Source of the DNA: Candidatus Hydrothermarchaeum profundi | Lineage (GTDB): Archaea > Hydrothermarchaeota > Hydrothermarchaeia > Hydrothermarchaeales > Hydrothermarchaeaceae | Direction of reading: 5' to 3' | NCBI GenBank assembly: GCA_002011125.2 | Contig: MTMF02000009.1 | Location: 1,734,788-1,798,787 of the forward strand | DNA length: 64,000 bases | Shown here: positions 48,926 through 58,602 of the stretch, piece after piece | How positions within the stretch are numbered: position 1 is the first letter of the stretch | Layout of the letters: every line of letters starts with the position of its first letter | Translations under genes and position numbers: made by a program | Notes under the pieces: model-generated | What the model was told of the DNA's origin: nothing | Databases searched by the model: none | What the model saw: the letters and a program-made list of their open reading frames with translations, nothing else

Positions 48926-49522
48926 TTATGCTTTCTCAAGTTTTAAAAATATTTCCTCCAACCTTTTTCCCTGATCTCTAAGTAGGTAAAGTCCTAAGCT
49001 AATTACTACAGTAGAGATGGCTGTTACTAGTCCGACTAAACCTACGTGCTGGAAAGAAAACCATTTCAAAGGCGTGTATCCACCAACATAATCGAGATAG
49101 TCATTTATCCCAAACCAAAATATAGCCAAAAAAGGATAAATTCTGCGATAATTGATAGTGTGAAGTAAAACCACGGGCTCGATTATCATCCCAAAATGTA
49201 AGGCGAACATCAGGTAATAAAAGGACCTGTTTCCTGGGGAGAGGAAATAGTCCGAATAGAAAAGTATGACGAATAACGTCCAGAAACCATATTTTATCAC
49301 CGCAACGGAGGCTAAATAGCTGAGAGCATCCACTTTTCTACCTAAGAATATTAAGCCAACTGCTATCGCAAACATGAAGGTGGAACCAGGACTATCAGGG
49401 ATAAAAGCCCATACAATTTTGGGGGTTATTTCTAACTGCCACTTATAGTAGAAAAACCCTGCAATGGTACCAAGAATGTTAATTATAAACACCATTGATA
49501 GGATAAGCTTATAGCGCTTCAT
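48926..49522 (-). CDS. DUF1405-family membrane protein
   Basis: INILGT.AGF.YY..QL, FIPDSP, IKYGFWT, HFGM, NDYLDY. Confidence 0.8.
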   Translation of the reverse strand: MKRYKLILSMVFIINILGTIAGFFYYKWQLEITPKIVWAFIPDSPGSTFMFAIAVGLIFLGRKVDALSYLASVAVIKYGFWTLFVILFYSDYFLSPGNRSFYYLMFALHFGMIIEPVVLLHTINYRRIYPFLAIFWFGINDYLDYVGGYTPLKWFSFQHVGLVGLVTAISTVVISLGLYLLRDQGKRLEEIFLKLEKA

Positions 49523-50421
49523 TTTCTACCGTATTTAACCTTATGATGTTTATCGTATGGCTCCACATGAACCAGAGCATAGTTTATTTCTGGGAATTTC
49601 TCAACTATTCTATCCTGTATTATAGTGGCTATCTCATGAGCCTTCTCTATAGAGAGGGATTCATCAACACAGACATGGAGGTCCACGGTGGCAAATGCTC
49701 CAACAGCGTGTATCCTGATATTATGAATGCATCTAGCGCCAGGGACTTTCTCCGCTGCATTCTTTACTTCTTCTATCAACCCGGGGGAAGGCACGGTGCC
49801 TATCAGTTGTTCAACGTTTTCCTTGCCTACGCTTACGCCCATCTTTAATATGAGTAGTGCTATAATAAAACCTGCTATTGGATCTAAGATTGGAAAGCCA
49901 AGGCCTGCACCAATAAGGCCTGCAATAACTATGAAAGACGAATATATGTCCCCCCTATAGTTCATCGCCCCGGCCTTAAGAGCTGGGCTTTTAATTTTCT
50001 CTGATACCTTTAAAGTATATCTAGCCATCCACTCCTTCAATAGGACTGTAGGAATAATAGCTAAGACCGCAAGTACTTCTGGAGGACCTGTCACCTTCAT
50101 CGCCTTTAGAACGGAATGCCGTGCTATCTCGAAGCCTAATACACATAATATTATAGATGCTATTAATCCCGCTAAAGGCTCGAGGTCGCCATGTCCATAT
50201 GGATGCTCTTCATCCGGATATTTTACAGCTTTCTTTAAACCAACCCAGACCACTAGCGACATTACAAAGTCCGAAAAGGAGTCTACCGCGTCAGCAATTA
50301 TAGCCGTGCTATTTGAGATCACTCCAATAACGAACTTAAAAATGGTTAGAAAAAAATTTCCCACGATACCATACTCTGCTGCTCGTTTACCAGCTCTGGT
50401 TCTTTCTTCTATCATGTCCAT
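49519..50421 (-). CDS. Cation diffusion facilitator (FieF-like)
   Basis: AIIADAVDSFSD, HPYGHG, LDP, AHEIA, VHVEP. Confidence 0.9.
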   Translation of the reverse strand: MDMIEERTRAGKRAAEYGIVGNFFLTIFKFVIGVISNSTAIIADAVDSFSDFVMSLVVWVGLKKAVKYPDEEHPYGHGDLEPLAGLIASIILCVLGFEIARHSVLKAMKVTGPPEVLAVLAIIPTVLLKEWMARYTLKVSEKIKSPALKAGAMNYRGDIYSSFIVIAGLIGAGLGFPILDPIAGFIIALLILKMGVSVGKENVEQLIGTVPSPGLIEEVKNAAEKVPGARCIHNIRIHAVGAFATVDLHVCVDESLSIEKAHEIATIIQDRIVEKFPEINYALVHVEPYDKHHKVKYGRK

Positions 50422-50424
50422 GTG

Positions 50425-50910
50425 TTACTCCTCTTTACGTTTGATCTCCTTAGCAGGGACTCCTCCCACAAAGGTTCCAGAATTAACATCCTTGTTTACT
50501 AGAGCACATGCTGACACGACAGCACCATCCCCTATAGTTACCCCTGGGAGAATGGTCGAATTGGCTCCGATCATAACATTTTTCCCTATTCTTACCCTGC
50601 CGGTTCGCCACTCATCAACCAAAAACTCGTGCCCTAAGATAGTGGCATTATACCCGATGACGGTGTTATCCCCGATCTCAATAAGCTCTGGAAAAAATAT
50701 GTCAAACATAGCCATCAAGCCTACAGAAACATTCCTACCAACTTTCATTCCTAACATTCTATATAGATAGTTTTTAAGAGAAAGAGAGGGAAGAAATCTA
50801 CATGCATAGATAACAATAAAATTAAAGGCTACGCGCAGAGGATTCCTTATCTTGTACCACCCACACATGGAATTTTTGCCTTTGACCTTATGGACCTCCA
50901 GATCTCTCAT
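50425..50910 (-). CDS. Hexapeptide-repeat acyltransferase
   Basis: FFPELIEIGDNTVIGYN, IGANSTILPGVTIGDGAVV, GGVPAK; start at ATG after GGAGGT. Confidence 0.87.
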   Translation of the reverse strand: MRDLEVHKVKGKNSMCGWYKIRNPLRVAFNFIVIYACRFLPSLSLKNYLYRMLGMKVGRNVSVGLMAMFDIFFPELIEIGDNTVIGYNATILGHEFLVDEWRTGRVRIGKNVMIGANSTILPGVTIGDGAVVSACALVNKDVNSGTFVGGVPAKEIKRKEE

Positions 50911-52657
50911 CTCTGACCTCCAAACCATATCTTACTATAGGACACCTTCGATGACATCTCCCACAAGATATGCAGTTATCATTTATCCATGCCTTGCCAT
51001 CCCTTATTTCAATAGCATTATTTTTACACTGGCTCAGACATACTCCACAGCCGAAGCAGTGGGTAGCTCTCTCCGCTATAGACTTAATAACCTTATTACA
51101 GTTATCCCCATTGAAAAAATGTCCATTAACCTCAAATCCCCCTTTAGTAAATTTTACCTCCCCTAGAACTCTTGCGAAGTTAACCGTCCTTTCAAAGTCG
51201 AATCTTCCATCACTACCATACTCAAACCTCGTTACAGCCACTCCTACTCTGCCTGCAACTTCTCTCTGTGCCTTCCCAGGGTTTCTCCATCTCCAAAAAC
51301 CATGATTTATGGCCTTCTCACTTAATCCAGACTTTTTAAGAACCGATTCCCATCTCCTCCACAAGTCGGGATGTATCCTTTTCAATATCTCTATCTCAGC
51401 AAGATCAGATCCAGGGCAAGCCCAGCACCCAAGCCTCTCCATCCCATACTCGTAGAGGTGATTTACCTCAGCTCCTTCCATTAAGATATAAAGCCATATA
51501 TGCAGGGCTGTCCAATTCTGCACAGGACTGGCTGCCAGCTGGGAGAGAATCCAAGGATTTCTCCACACCCTGCTGCTCTTTGACCTAACCTCTGACTCGA
51601 ATTTCCTTTGACCTATAAAGCTGATGCAACCTTCCCTAAACTTCTCATTTATTAATCTCGCAATTGGCCCAAGCTTAATTAACTTGCAACACCATCTATA
51701 GTCTCTGCCAGGAGGCCCAAAATATTCTACGCCTTCCCAAAATCTATCACCACAGTCTATTTTTATAAACTCCAATCCCAACCTCTCCACGATTCTTTCA
51801 GCGTATTCAACGATCTCCGGGAACTCTATGCCTGTGTTCGTAAAAACAACTTTAACATCCGGTATAACCTTCTTAACAAGGAGGAGAGTAGCTAAGCTAT
51901 CCTTACCACCACTAAAGGCTACAACTTTAGGCTCCCTCCTCTTAGCAATCCTCCTGATAAACTCTAAAGCCTCTTTTTCCATCGCCTCGACTACATACTT
52001 ATTTGCCTCAAGAACCGTCTTCCAGTCTTGCCCGCCTTCTAACTCTCTTGCCTCAGAGGGGTGCGAGTATCTCCTTACCTTGACGAACATTCCTTTCTTC
52101 TTCTCTTTAGCCTCTAATGCGCTCATCCTGCTTCTGCCTACACCAATGACATTCCCTTTCCATACTATGTATACCTCATCGCCCTGGAGTATGTCTTCAT
52201 CAAAAGATACAACCCCCGGCAATAATATGCTGGCTCCATTGAGTATATACGGCCCTGCGCTCTCGCTAATTTCAACGAACTTTTTTCCCTTGTTCTTCCA
52301 TATCCTCCTCGCACCTTCGACCCTTGGAAGAAACTCGAAATCCATCTTTTCCGCATTAAACTTTAAAACCCCTTGAACTCTGCCATCTATAATTACTTCA
52401 TCAAACCGGTCATACCCTGGAGCTTTATTCAACACAGCTACCTTATCAGAGGGTATTAACTCGCAGTTGAAATGTTTTTTAATCGTCTCGTTTATAAGCT
52501 CGATATCTCCTGCTAAAGCAGGACGCACATCGCCAGGAGGAGTGACCTCTACCTTTTCTGTGTTTCCCCTGCAGACGCCACATTTTTTTCCCAGTACCGG
52601 AACATTGCAGTTTATGCACCAGTATAGCTTCACTCTGCCGAAGTAGGGCATCTTCAT
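50888..52657 (-). CDS. PAPS-reductase-family protein with Zn-ribbon, PUA and C-terminal ferredoxin domains
   Basis: WCINCNVP, PUA domain, FSGGKDS, RWCCKLIK, RLGCWACP, two CxxCxxCxxxC motifs. Confidence 0.87.
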   Translation of the reverse strand: MKMPYFGRVKLYWCINCNVPVLGKKCGVCRGNTEKVEVTPPGDVRPALAGDIELINETIKKHFNCELIPSDKVAVLNKAPGYDRFDEVIIDGRVQGVLKFNAEKMDFEFLPRVEGARRIWKNKGKKFVEISESAGPYILNGASILLPGVVSFDEDILQGDEVYIVWKGNVIGVGRSRMSALEAKEKKKGMFVKVRRYSHPSEARELEGGQDWKTVLEANKYVVEAMEKEALEFIRRIAKRREPKVVAFSGGKDSLATLLLVKKVIPDVKVVFTNTGIEFPEIVEYAERIVERLGLEFIKIDCGDRFWEGVEYFGPPGRDYRWCCKLIKLGPIARLINEKFREGCISFIGQRKFESEVRSKSSRVWRNPWILSQLAASPVQNWTALHIWLYILMEGAEVNHLYEYGMERLGCWACPGSDLAEIEILKRIHPDLWRRWESVLKKSGLSEKAINHGFWRWRNPGKAQREVAGRVGVAVTRFEYGSDGRFDFERTVNFARVLGEVKFTKGGFEVNGHFFNGDNCNKVIKSIAERATHCFGCGVCLSQCKNNAIEIRDGKAWINDNCISCGRCHRRCPIVRYGLEVRDERSGGP

Positions 52658-52752
52658 GATAAGAACTTATATATCCCCTGTATTAATAATTATGATAGCT
52701 TACTAAGAGAAAGCGGTATATATCGCAGTCTCATTTAAGGAAGTGATGCATT

Positions 52753-53601
52753 TTGTCTAGGATTAATGAGAAGTTCGAGGAGCTTAAGAGGAAAAATGAA
52801 GGGGCCCTCATAGGATATCTCACGCTGGGAGACCCTGACATAGAAACATCAAAAAAATTGATCCGTTGCCTATTGGAAAATGTCGACTTATTGGAGATAG
52901 GAATACCCTTTTCTGATCCTATCGCAGATGGCCCTACGATTCAAGCTGCGATAGACCGAGCCTTAAAAGCAGGGGTTAACACAGATATTGCTTTCGAAGC
53001 CGTAGCCGAGCTGCGTAATGGAGGAGTAGAAGAACCGCTAGTATTTATGACCTACTATAATATTATTTTACAATATGGTGAGGAGAGATTCATTAAAAGA
53101 TGCAGTAAAGTAGGAGTAGACGGTATAATAGTATGTGATCTGCCCATTGAAGAGGCGGAAGGAATTTTACAGCAATGCGAAAAATATGGTGTAGATTTTA
53201 TTTTTCTAATAGCTCCGACAACTACCGAAGAGAGAATTAAAAAAATCGTGTCCAGGGCTAAAGGTTTCATCTATCTCGTATCCGTCCTAGGAGTTACTGG
53301 TGCTAGAGGAGAGCTTCAGGAAAGGACTGTAGAGGTAACGAAGTGGGCTTCTCAATATGTTGATATCCCATTGGCAGTAGGCTTTGGGATATCTAAGAAA
53401 GAGCATGTGCAAAGAGTCCTAGAGGCAGGAGCTCAAGGCGCAGTAGTGGGAAGCGCATTCGTAGACATAATTGCTAGAAAGGGGAAAGACGCCTGTGAAG
53501 AATTAAAAAAACTTTCAGCGGAATTAAAAGAAGGGACAAAGAAAATAAAAGTCCCCACATCTAGAGTTCAAAAGGCATCGGTTATGGAGAACGGAAGCTG
53601 A
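52753..53601 (+). CDS. trpA: Tryptophan synthase alpha chain
   Basis: GDP, EIGIPFSDPIADGPTIQ, MTYYN, YLVSVLGVTG, VGFGIS, VVGSA. Confidence 0.95.
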   Translation: MSRINEKFEELKRKNEGALIGYLTLGDPDIETSKKLIRCLLENVDLLEIGIPFSDPIADGPTIQAAIDRALKAGVNTDIAFEAVAELRNGGVEEPLVFMTYYNIILQYGEERFIKRCSKVGVDGIIVCDLPIEEAEGILQQCEKYGVDFIFLIAPTTTEERIKKIVSRAKGFIYLVSVLGVTGARGELQERTVEVTKWASQYVDIPLAVGFGISKKEHVQRVLEAGAQGAVVGSAFVDIIARKGKDACEELKKLSAELKEGTKKIKVPTSRVQKASVMENGS

Positions 53602-53984
53602 TGCGTTCAGCAAGCTTAACTGAGACAATTCTTCAGAGTATTGAAAATATCTCGGAAGATTGCAGAATAAGAAGCAGGGAAGGGTATACAGCAGGATACG
53701 CTAGATTAAAGATATCATACTACGAGAAAGTGTTAGAAAAAATTAAACAAGTAATCGGGCCTGTAATTAAAAATGGAGAAAAAATAGAAAACCAGATAGC
53801 TGATGGCGAAATAGTAGACTCGGGGATTAAGCAATTCGAAGTTAAGAGAGGAGTGTTTCTAGAAGTATACGATTACAAGAAGACCACAGCAATCTTTATC
53901 CGGCTTTATCACATTAAGGGAGACAAGGAGTGGCTCGCATTATATATAGATGAGAACCCAGAAACTCCATGGTGGGAAAAATAG
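53601..53984 (+). CDS. Hypothetical protein coupled to trpA
   Basis: 127-aa ORF; its ATG overlaps the trpA stop (TGATG). Confidence 0.65.
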   Translation: MRSASLTETILQSIENISEDCRIRSREGYTAGYARLKISYYEKVLEKIKQVIGPVIKNGEKIENQIADGEIVDSGIKQFEVKRGVFLEVYDYKKTTAIFIRLYHIKGDKEWLALYIDENPETPWWEK

Positions 53985-54064
53985 TATATACACATATATA
54001 CAATACTTCCGGTATATATAAATAGTATCACTTGAATATAAATTTTATAACCTAGGGCTGTCCG

Positions 54065-54141
54065 AATGAAAAGAGGGCGTGTTGGAGAACCCCCCAAAAG
54101 TCCTTCCGCCACCTCCTCTATTTTTTCGCCCTCTTTTCATT
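54065..54141. repeat. 15-bp perfect inverted repeat enclosing 47 nt
   Basis: AATGAAAAGAGGGCG (54065-54079) and CGCCCTCTTTTCATT (54127-54141). Confidence 0.8.
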
Positions 54142-54285
54142 TCAAAATTATCAACAATATACCTTATAAAACTAGCATCCTACTTTACCTAAATTATTTT
54201 TTTAAGTAAAATTAATAAAAATCTATATTTTTAAATATTTAGAAACAATATTATTTTTTTTATAAAGATAAAAAAGGATGATAAA

Positions 54286-55068
54286 GTGAAAGTTAAGTTA
54301 ACAAGAAGAGAGTTTGTCATTGGATCAGCAGGATTTACAACGGGAATAGCTATAGGATCTCAGGGGTTAAATATAATTAAAAATTTGATAACCTCTGCAG
54401 ATAAAGAAACATCGAGACCAATTAAAGTAGCAAATAAGCCTCCCCTACTTCCATGGCCATATAAAAAATTAGATCCTGAAAAAGTTGCAAAGATAGCCTA
54501 TGAAAACTGGTATAAGGAATTCTGCGCTTATGCTGTTACAAGCGCAATCCTATTACCTCTCTGTAAAGAAATAGGGGAACCATACACCTCATTTCCATTA
54601 GAGTCTGTCAGATGGGGACATGGAGGAGTAGTAGGGTGGGGCACAACATGCGGAACGTTGTTGGGAGCGGGGTTTGCATTGAGCCTTATAGCTGGGAAAG
54701 AGGGTGAAAATATACTTAATGATCTTATATATTGGTATACAAAGTCTGAGCTACCTATTTATGAGCCAGAAAATCCCAAGGCAAGGATAAGAAATAGGAA
54801 TAAAAGCAATTCTCCTCTCTGCCATATTTCAGTAGGCAAGTGGATGAAAAAAGAGGATGTTAGATTTTATACCCTTGAGCGAAAGGAAAGATGTGCTAGA
54901 TTATCTGCAGATGTAGCTTCAAAAACGGTTAAATTACTGAATGAGTGGAAAGACGGAAAATATACACCGGTTCACAAATCCCAAGCTAAAACCCATCAAA
55001 TAACCGCTCAAAATAACTGTCTAGAATGTCATAGAAGCTTGCCTATTATACCTGGTACTAAGATGTAA
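54286..55068 (+). CDS. Tat-exported split-Soret cytochrome c / C_GCAxxG_C_C family protein
   Basis: TRREF twin-arginine signal, LPWPYKKLDP, FCAYA, GGVVGWGTTCG, SPLCHISV, ERCARL, C-terminal CLECH. Confidence 0.85.
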   Translation: MKVKLTRREFVIGSAGFTTGIAIGSQGLNIIKNLITSADKETSRPIKVANKPPLLPWPYKKLDPEKVAKIAYENWYKEFCAYAVTSAILLPLCKEIGEPYTSFPLESVRWGHGGVVGWGTTCGTLLGAGFALSLIAGKEGENILNDLIYWYTKSELPIYEPENPKARIRNRNKSNSPLCHISVGKWMKKEDVRFYTLERKERCARLSADVASKTVKLLNEWKDGKYTPVHKSQAKTHQITAQNNCLECHRSLPIIPGTKM

Positions 55069-55332
55069 GATACTGCGTCATAACAACCTTATTAAACATT
55101 ACCGCTCTATTTAGAAGGCTCATTTATAGCTTCACCTATGTCTTGTAAGGTCAAGATAAAATTTCGAGATTTCTTAAAGCTCAGTCTAATAAGGGAAGTG
55201 GAAACATCTTCTATACCACAAGACTTATTATAATAACTTACGCTGGCGTTGATTCTGAGGATGCTAGCGGGTTATTGAGGAGAGTTAATATTTTCCAATG
55301 TATAATACTATAATGCTATAAAGGTGATTTAA

Positions 55333-55527
55333 TTGCCTACTACAATACAGGTAAAGGAGGATGTCTACCGGGTTCTTAAACATATGAAGGGGAGCATGGG
55401 CTTTGAGACCTATGATGACGTGATTAGGATGTTGCTGAAAGCTAAGAAGATAGCAGCCGAGGACTACTTCGGTAGGTACCCAAGGCTGAAGACCTTCGCG
55501 AGGGAGGAACTTGACCGTTTTGATTGA
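55333..55527 (+). CDS. VapB-type antitoxin
   Basis: MPTTIQV.......L...K......TYDDVIR.L; overlaps the PIN gene start. Confidence 0.8.
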   Translation: MPTTIQVKEDVYRVLKHMKGSMGFETYDDVIRMLLKAKKIAAEDYFGRYPRLKTFAREELDRFD

Positions 55528-55874
55528 TTCTTGGGCATGGATTGAGTTTTTTAAGGGCTCAAAAGCAGGAGAGAAGATCAGAAAGTTCATAGTTGGTAGT
55601 GATAAGCACTATTAACATTGCGGAGGTTTGCAGATGGTTTCTTGGATCTTACACTAAAGCAGATGCTGAAGAAGCTGAAGGGGTTATGAAAGAGGTTTCT
55701 CTCGTATTGCCTGTGAACGAGGATATAGTGGTGGAAGCAGCTAAAATAAAACACAGAAAAGGATGGGGCCTGGGAGATTCTATCATATATGCTACGGCAA
55801 AACAGGAGCAGGCAAAGATAGTCACTGAAGATCCGGATTTTAAAGGAATAAAAGACGTAGTTTTTATAAGGTAA
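55511..55874 (+). pseudogene. vapC: Frameshifted VapC PIN toxin
   Basis: 55511-55615 encodes MTVLIDSWAWIEFFKGSKAGEKIRKFI then a stop; the rest (STINIAEV...LGDSIIYATA...TEDPDF) continues in another frame. Confidence 0.8.
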
Positions 55875-56131
55875 TTTTACAAATTTTTCTATGGGTAAAT
55901 AAGTAAAACTATTCTCCATCCTTAAAATCCTTCAACTAGGCGAGTGCTCCCCGGCCTATGAGTTCCTCTTTGTCTTCCCAAGTTCTATAAGCATAAATTG
56001 AATTATGACTACATACTCATTTTCAATTATTTGAAAAAATGTGAGGTTATATGCGACAGCGATACTTATAGAAAAATATATATAATATTTGCTACTATGT
56101 AGCATGCCAACAAATAACAAGGAGGAATAAT

Positions 56132-56938
56132 ATGACCGAAATCGGGAAAAATGTCAGATTAGAGAGAATAATGAATAGAAAAACTGGGAAGATAATAATT
56201 GTGCCAATGGACCATGGAGTCTCGTCTGGCCCTATACCGGGCCTTATAGATATGCCCCGGATAGTGAATCTTGTGGCAGAGGGGGGCGCTAATGCAGTTT
56301 TACTCCATAAGGGAATAATAAAAGTAGGCCACAGAGGTTACGGGAAGGATATAGGACTAATTATGCATTTATCAGGCAGTACATCTCTTGGACCTGATCC
56401 CAACAATAAGGTGCTAATATCGAGCGTTGAGGAAGCATTGAGACTTGGCGCAGATGCTGTAAGCGTACACATAAACATTGGCGCAGAAAATGAAGCAGAT
56501 ATGTTAAAGATTCTAGGTGAAACTTCACGGAAATGCATGCTGTGGGGTATGCCCTTACTTGCTATGATGTATCCTCGAGGAAAAAAGATAGAGGAAAAAG
56601 GCGGTGAGCATGTCGTAGAAGTAGTTAAACACGCCGCGAGAGCAGGAGCAGAGTTAGGTGCAGACATAATAAAAACTAATTATACAGGTAGCCCAGACTC
56701 TTTCCGAGAAGTCGTAGAAGGCTGTCCTGTACCGGTAGTTATCGCTGGCGGCCCTAAGATGGAGACTGATAGAGATGTTTTGGAGATGGTTGAGGGATCA
56801 ATAGAAGCAGGCGGGGCTGGAACCTCCATAGGCAGGAATATATTCCAGCACGAGAATCCGACTAAAATGGTTAGAGCGATAGCTAGGATCGTCCATGAGG
56901 GATGGAGCGCAGAAGAAGCCTTGGAGGAGCTAAAGTGA
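56132..56938 (+). CDS. aroA': 2-amino-3,7-dideoxy-D-threo-hept-6-ulosonate synthase
   Basis: [44 protein letters not shown]; coupled to DHQ synthase II. Confidence 0.9.
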   Translation: MTEIGKNVRLERIMNRKTGKIIIVPMDHGVSSGPIPGLIDMPRIVNLVAEGGANAVLLHKGIIKVGHRGYGKDIGLIMHLSGSTSLGPDPNNKVLISSVEEALRLGADAVSVHINIGAENEADMLKILGETSRKCMLWGMPLLAMMYPRGKKIEEKGGEHVVEVVKHAARAGAELGADIIKTNYTGSPDSFREVVEGCPVPVVIAGGPKMETDRDVLEMVEGSIEAGGAGTSIGRNIFQHENPTKMVRAIARIVHEGWSAEEALEELK

Positions 56939-58080
56939 AATTCTTTTGGTTTGAACCACTAGGAAAGTCGTGGGAGGAGAGAAAGAATCTCATTACCACC
57001 GCATTAGAGTCAGGTGCCCAAGGAGTGATAGTAGACCAGAGCGAAGTAGAAAAAACTGCTAAACTCGGTGATATAGACATCGTCGTCTCTGACTCTAGCG
57101 GCCTAAAAGAGCTATTAAATAAGGGAGCTGACATTATCCTTGTTGGGAGAGGAGGCGATGGTCAAGACCCTAACCTATCAAAGCCGGAGGAATCAAAAGA
57201 CTTGGCAAGGCTCAAGGAACTTAAGGAAAGTGGATTTAAAACTTGCGGATATGTCGAGATAAAAAGCAAGGCCCATGAGAGGCTCGCAGCAGCCGAGGCT
57301 AGAAATTCTGATTATGTTATCGTAGTTGGCCAAGAATGGAAAGTTATACCTCTCGAAAATCTAATAGCTGAGCTTCAAAAAGAAGAATGCAAAGTTATAG
57401 CCGGAGTTAAAGACTCCCAAGAGGCCAAACTTGCCTTTGAAACCCTCGAAATAGGGGCTGATGGCGTTTTACTTCAAAGTGATGATATAAACGAGATAAA
57501 AAAAGTTTCTAAGCTAGTGGAGAGGGCTTCTGAGAAGCTGTTGCTACAGCCTGCTAAGATTAAGAGCTTGAAGCCGGTTGGTATGGGCGACAGGGTTTGT
57601 ATAGATACTGCCTCGCTTCTGAATATAGGTGAAGGAATGCTGATAGGCTCGCAATCTAGCGGACTGTTTCTAGTTCACTCTGAAAGCCTAGAAACTGAAT
57701 ATGTTGCTGCTAGGCCATTCAGGGTGAACGCTGGCGCGGTGCATGCATATGTCCTCGTGCCTGGAGGTAAGACGAGATACCTCAGCGAACTTAAGGCAGG
57801 GGACGAAGTCTTAGCCGTAGACAAAGATGGAAATACTAGGACTGTTATAGTAGGTAGAGTAAAAATCGAAAAGAGGCCTCTAATACTAATAGAAGCGGAG
57901 ATAGAAGGCCATGTTTTTAAGACTCTCTTACAGAATGCTGAAACTATAATGCTAGTAAGCGGAGAAGGGTCCCCAATCTCTATCTCTAAGCTGAAGCCCG
58001 GTGACGAAGTTTTGATTCACATCAAGGAGAAGGCGAGACACTTCGGAATGGAGGTTGAAGAGAGCATAATAGAGCTATAA
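56935..58080 (+). CDS. aroB': 3-dehydroquinate synthase II
   Basis: [42 protein letters not shown]; GTG start at 56935. Confidence 0.93.
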   Translation: MKFFWFEPLGKSWEERKNLITTALESGAQGVIVDQSEVEKTAKLGDIDIVVSDSSGLKELLNKGADIILVGRGGDGQDPNLSKPEESKDLARLKELKESGFKTCGYVEIKSKAHERLAAAEARNSDYVIVVGQEWKVIPLENLIAELQKEECKVIAGVKDSQEAKLAFETLEIGADGVLLQSDDINEIKKVSKLVERASEKLLLQPAKIKSLKPVGMGDRVCIDTASLLNIGEGMLIGSQSSGLFLVHSESLETEYVAARPFRVNAGAVHAYVLVPGGKTRYLSELKAGDEVLAVDKDGNTRTVIVGRVKIEKRPLILIEAEIEGHVFKTLLQNAETIMLVSGEGSPISISKLKPGDEVLIHIKEKARHFGMEVEESIIEL

Positions 58081-58089
58081 ATCTTCTTT

Positions 58090-58563
58090 TCACTTTTTAC
58101 TGCGCTCCCTGTTAATCTCAATAACTTCCCGAAGCTTCCCGTAGAGATTGAAAAGATGCTCCATCCTCCTTTCTACTTTTTTGAACTCTTTGTCGGTATG
58201 GTAGCCCATTTGCTGAATGTTTTCAAGCACTTGGGACGCTACTTCATTAGGATCCGTTGAGGCAACTCCTTCAGAGCTTGGGAATCCGGATTTATTCATG
58301 ATTACCTCAACCTTTCTTGCGTCCACCTGGCTTCGTAAGAACTGTATATCCACGTTTCTTTCTAAAAAGGTACGCCATACTTCACTTTCATCTATGGCTG
58401 AAACCTTCCCTTTTTTAATCTCTATTAAGCCTTTCCAGTATAGATCGTCCAACGATGCATTGAGTTCCTTATGAGTCAGCCCGGTCTTCTTTTTTAAGTC
58501 TCTTTTATCTATTTCCCCAATTTCGTATACTACTTCGAGAATTTTTTCGAGATTCTTATCCAT
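58090..58563 (-). CDS. Hypothetical protein with N-terminal wHTH-like segment
   Basis: 'DLKKKTGLTHKELNASLDDLYWKGLI' resembles a wHTH; C-terminal helical segment. Confidence 0.65.
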   Translation of the reverse strand: MDKNLEKILEVVYEIGEIDKRDLKKKTGLTHKELNASLDDLYWKGLIEIKKGKVSAIDESEVWRTFLERNVDIQFLRSQVDARKVEVIMNKSGFPSSEGVASTDPNEVASQVLENIQQMGYHTDKEFKKVERRMEHLFNLYGKLREVIEINRERSKK

Positions 58564-58602
58564 TCTAGTAAGTTTAAATATGTATAAATATAAATTTTAG
58601 CC

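Noticed and set aside
53909-54112. 67-aa minus-strand ORF starting inside the inverted repeat
   Set aside because: Overlaps a real gene antisense and runs through TATA-rich DNA; no protein-like features
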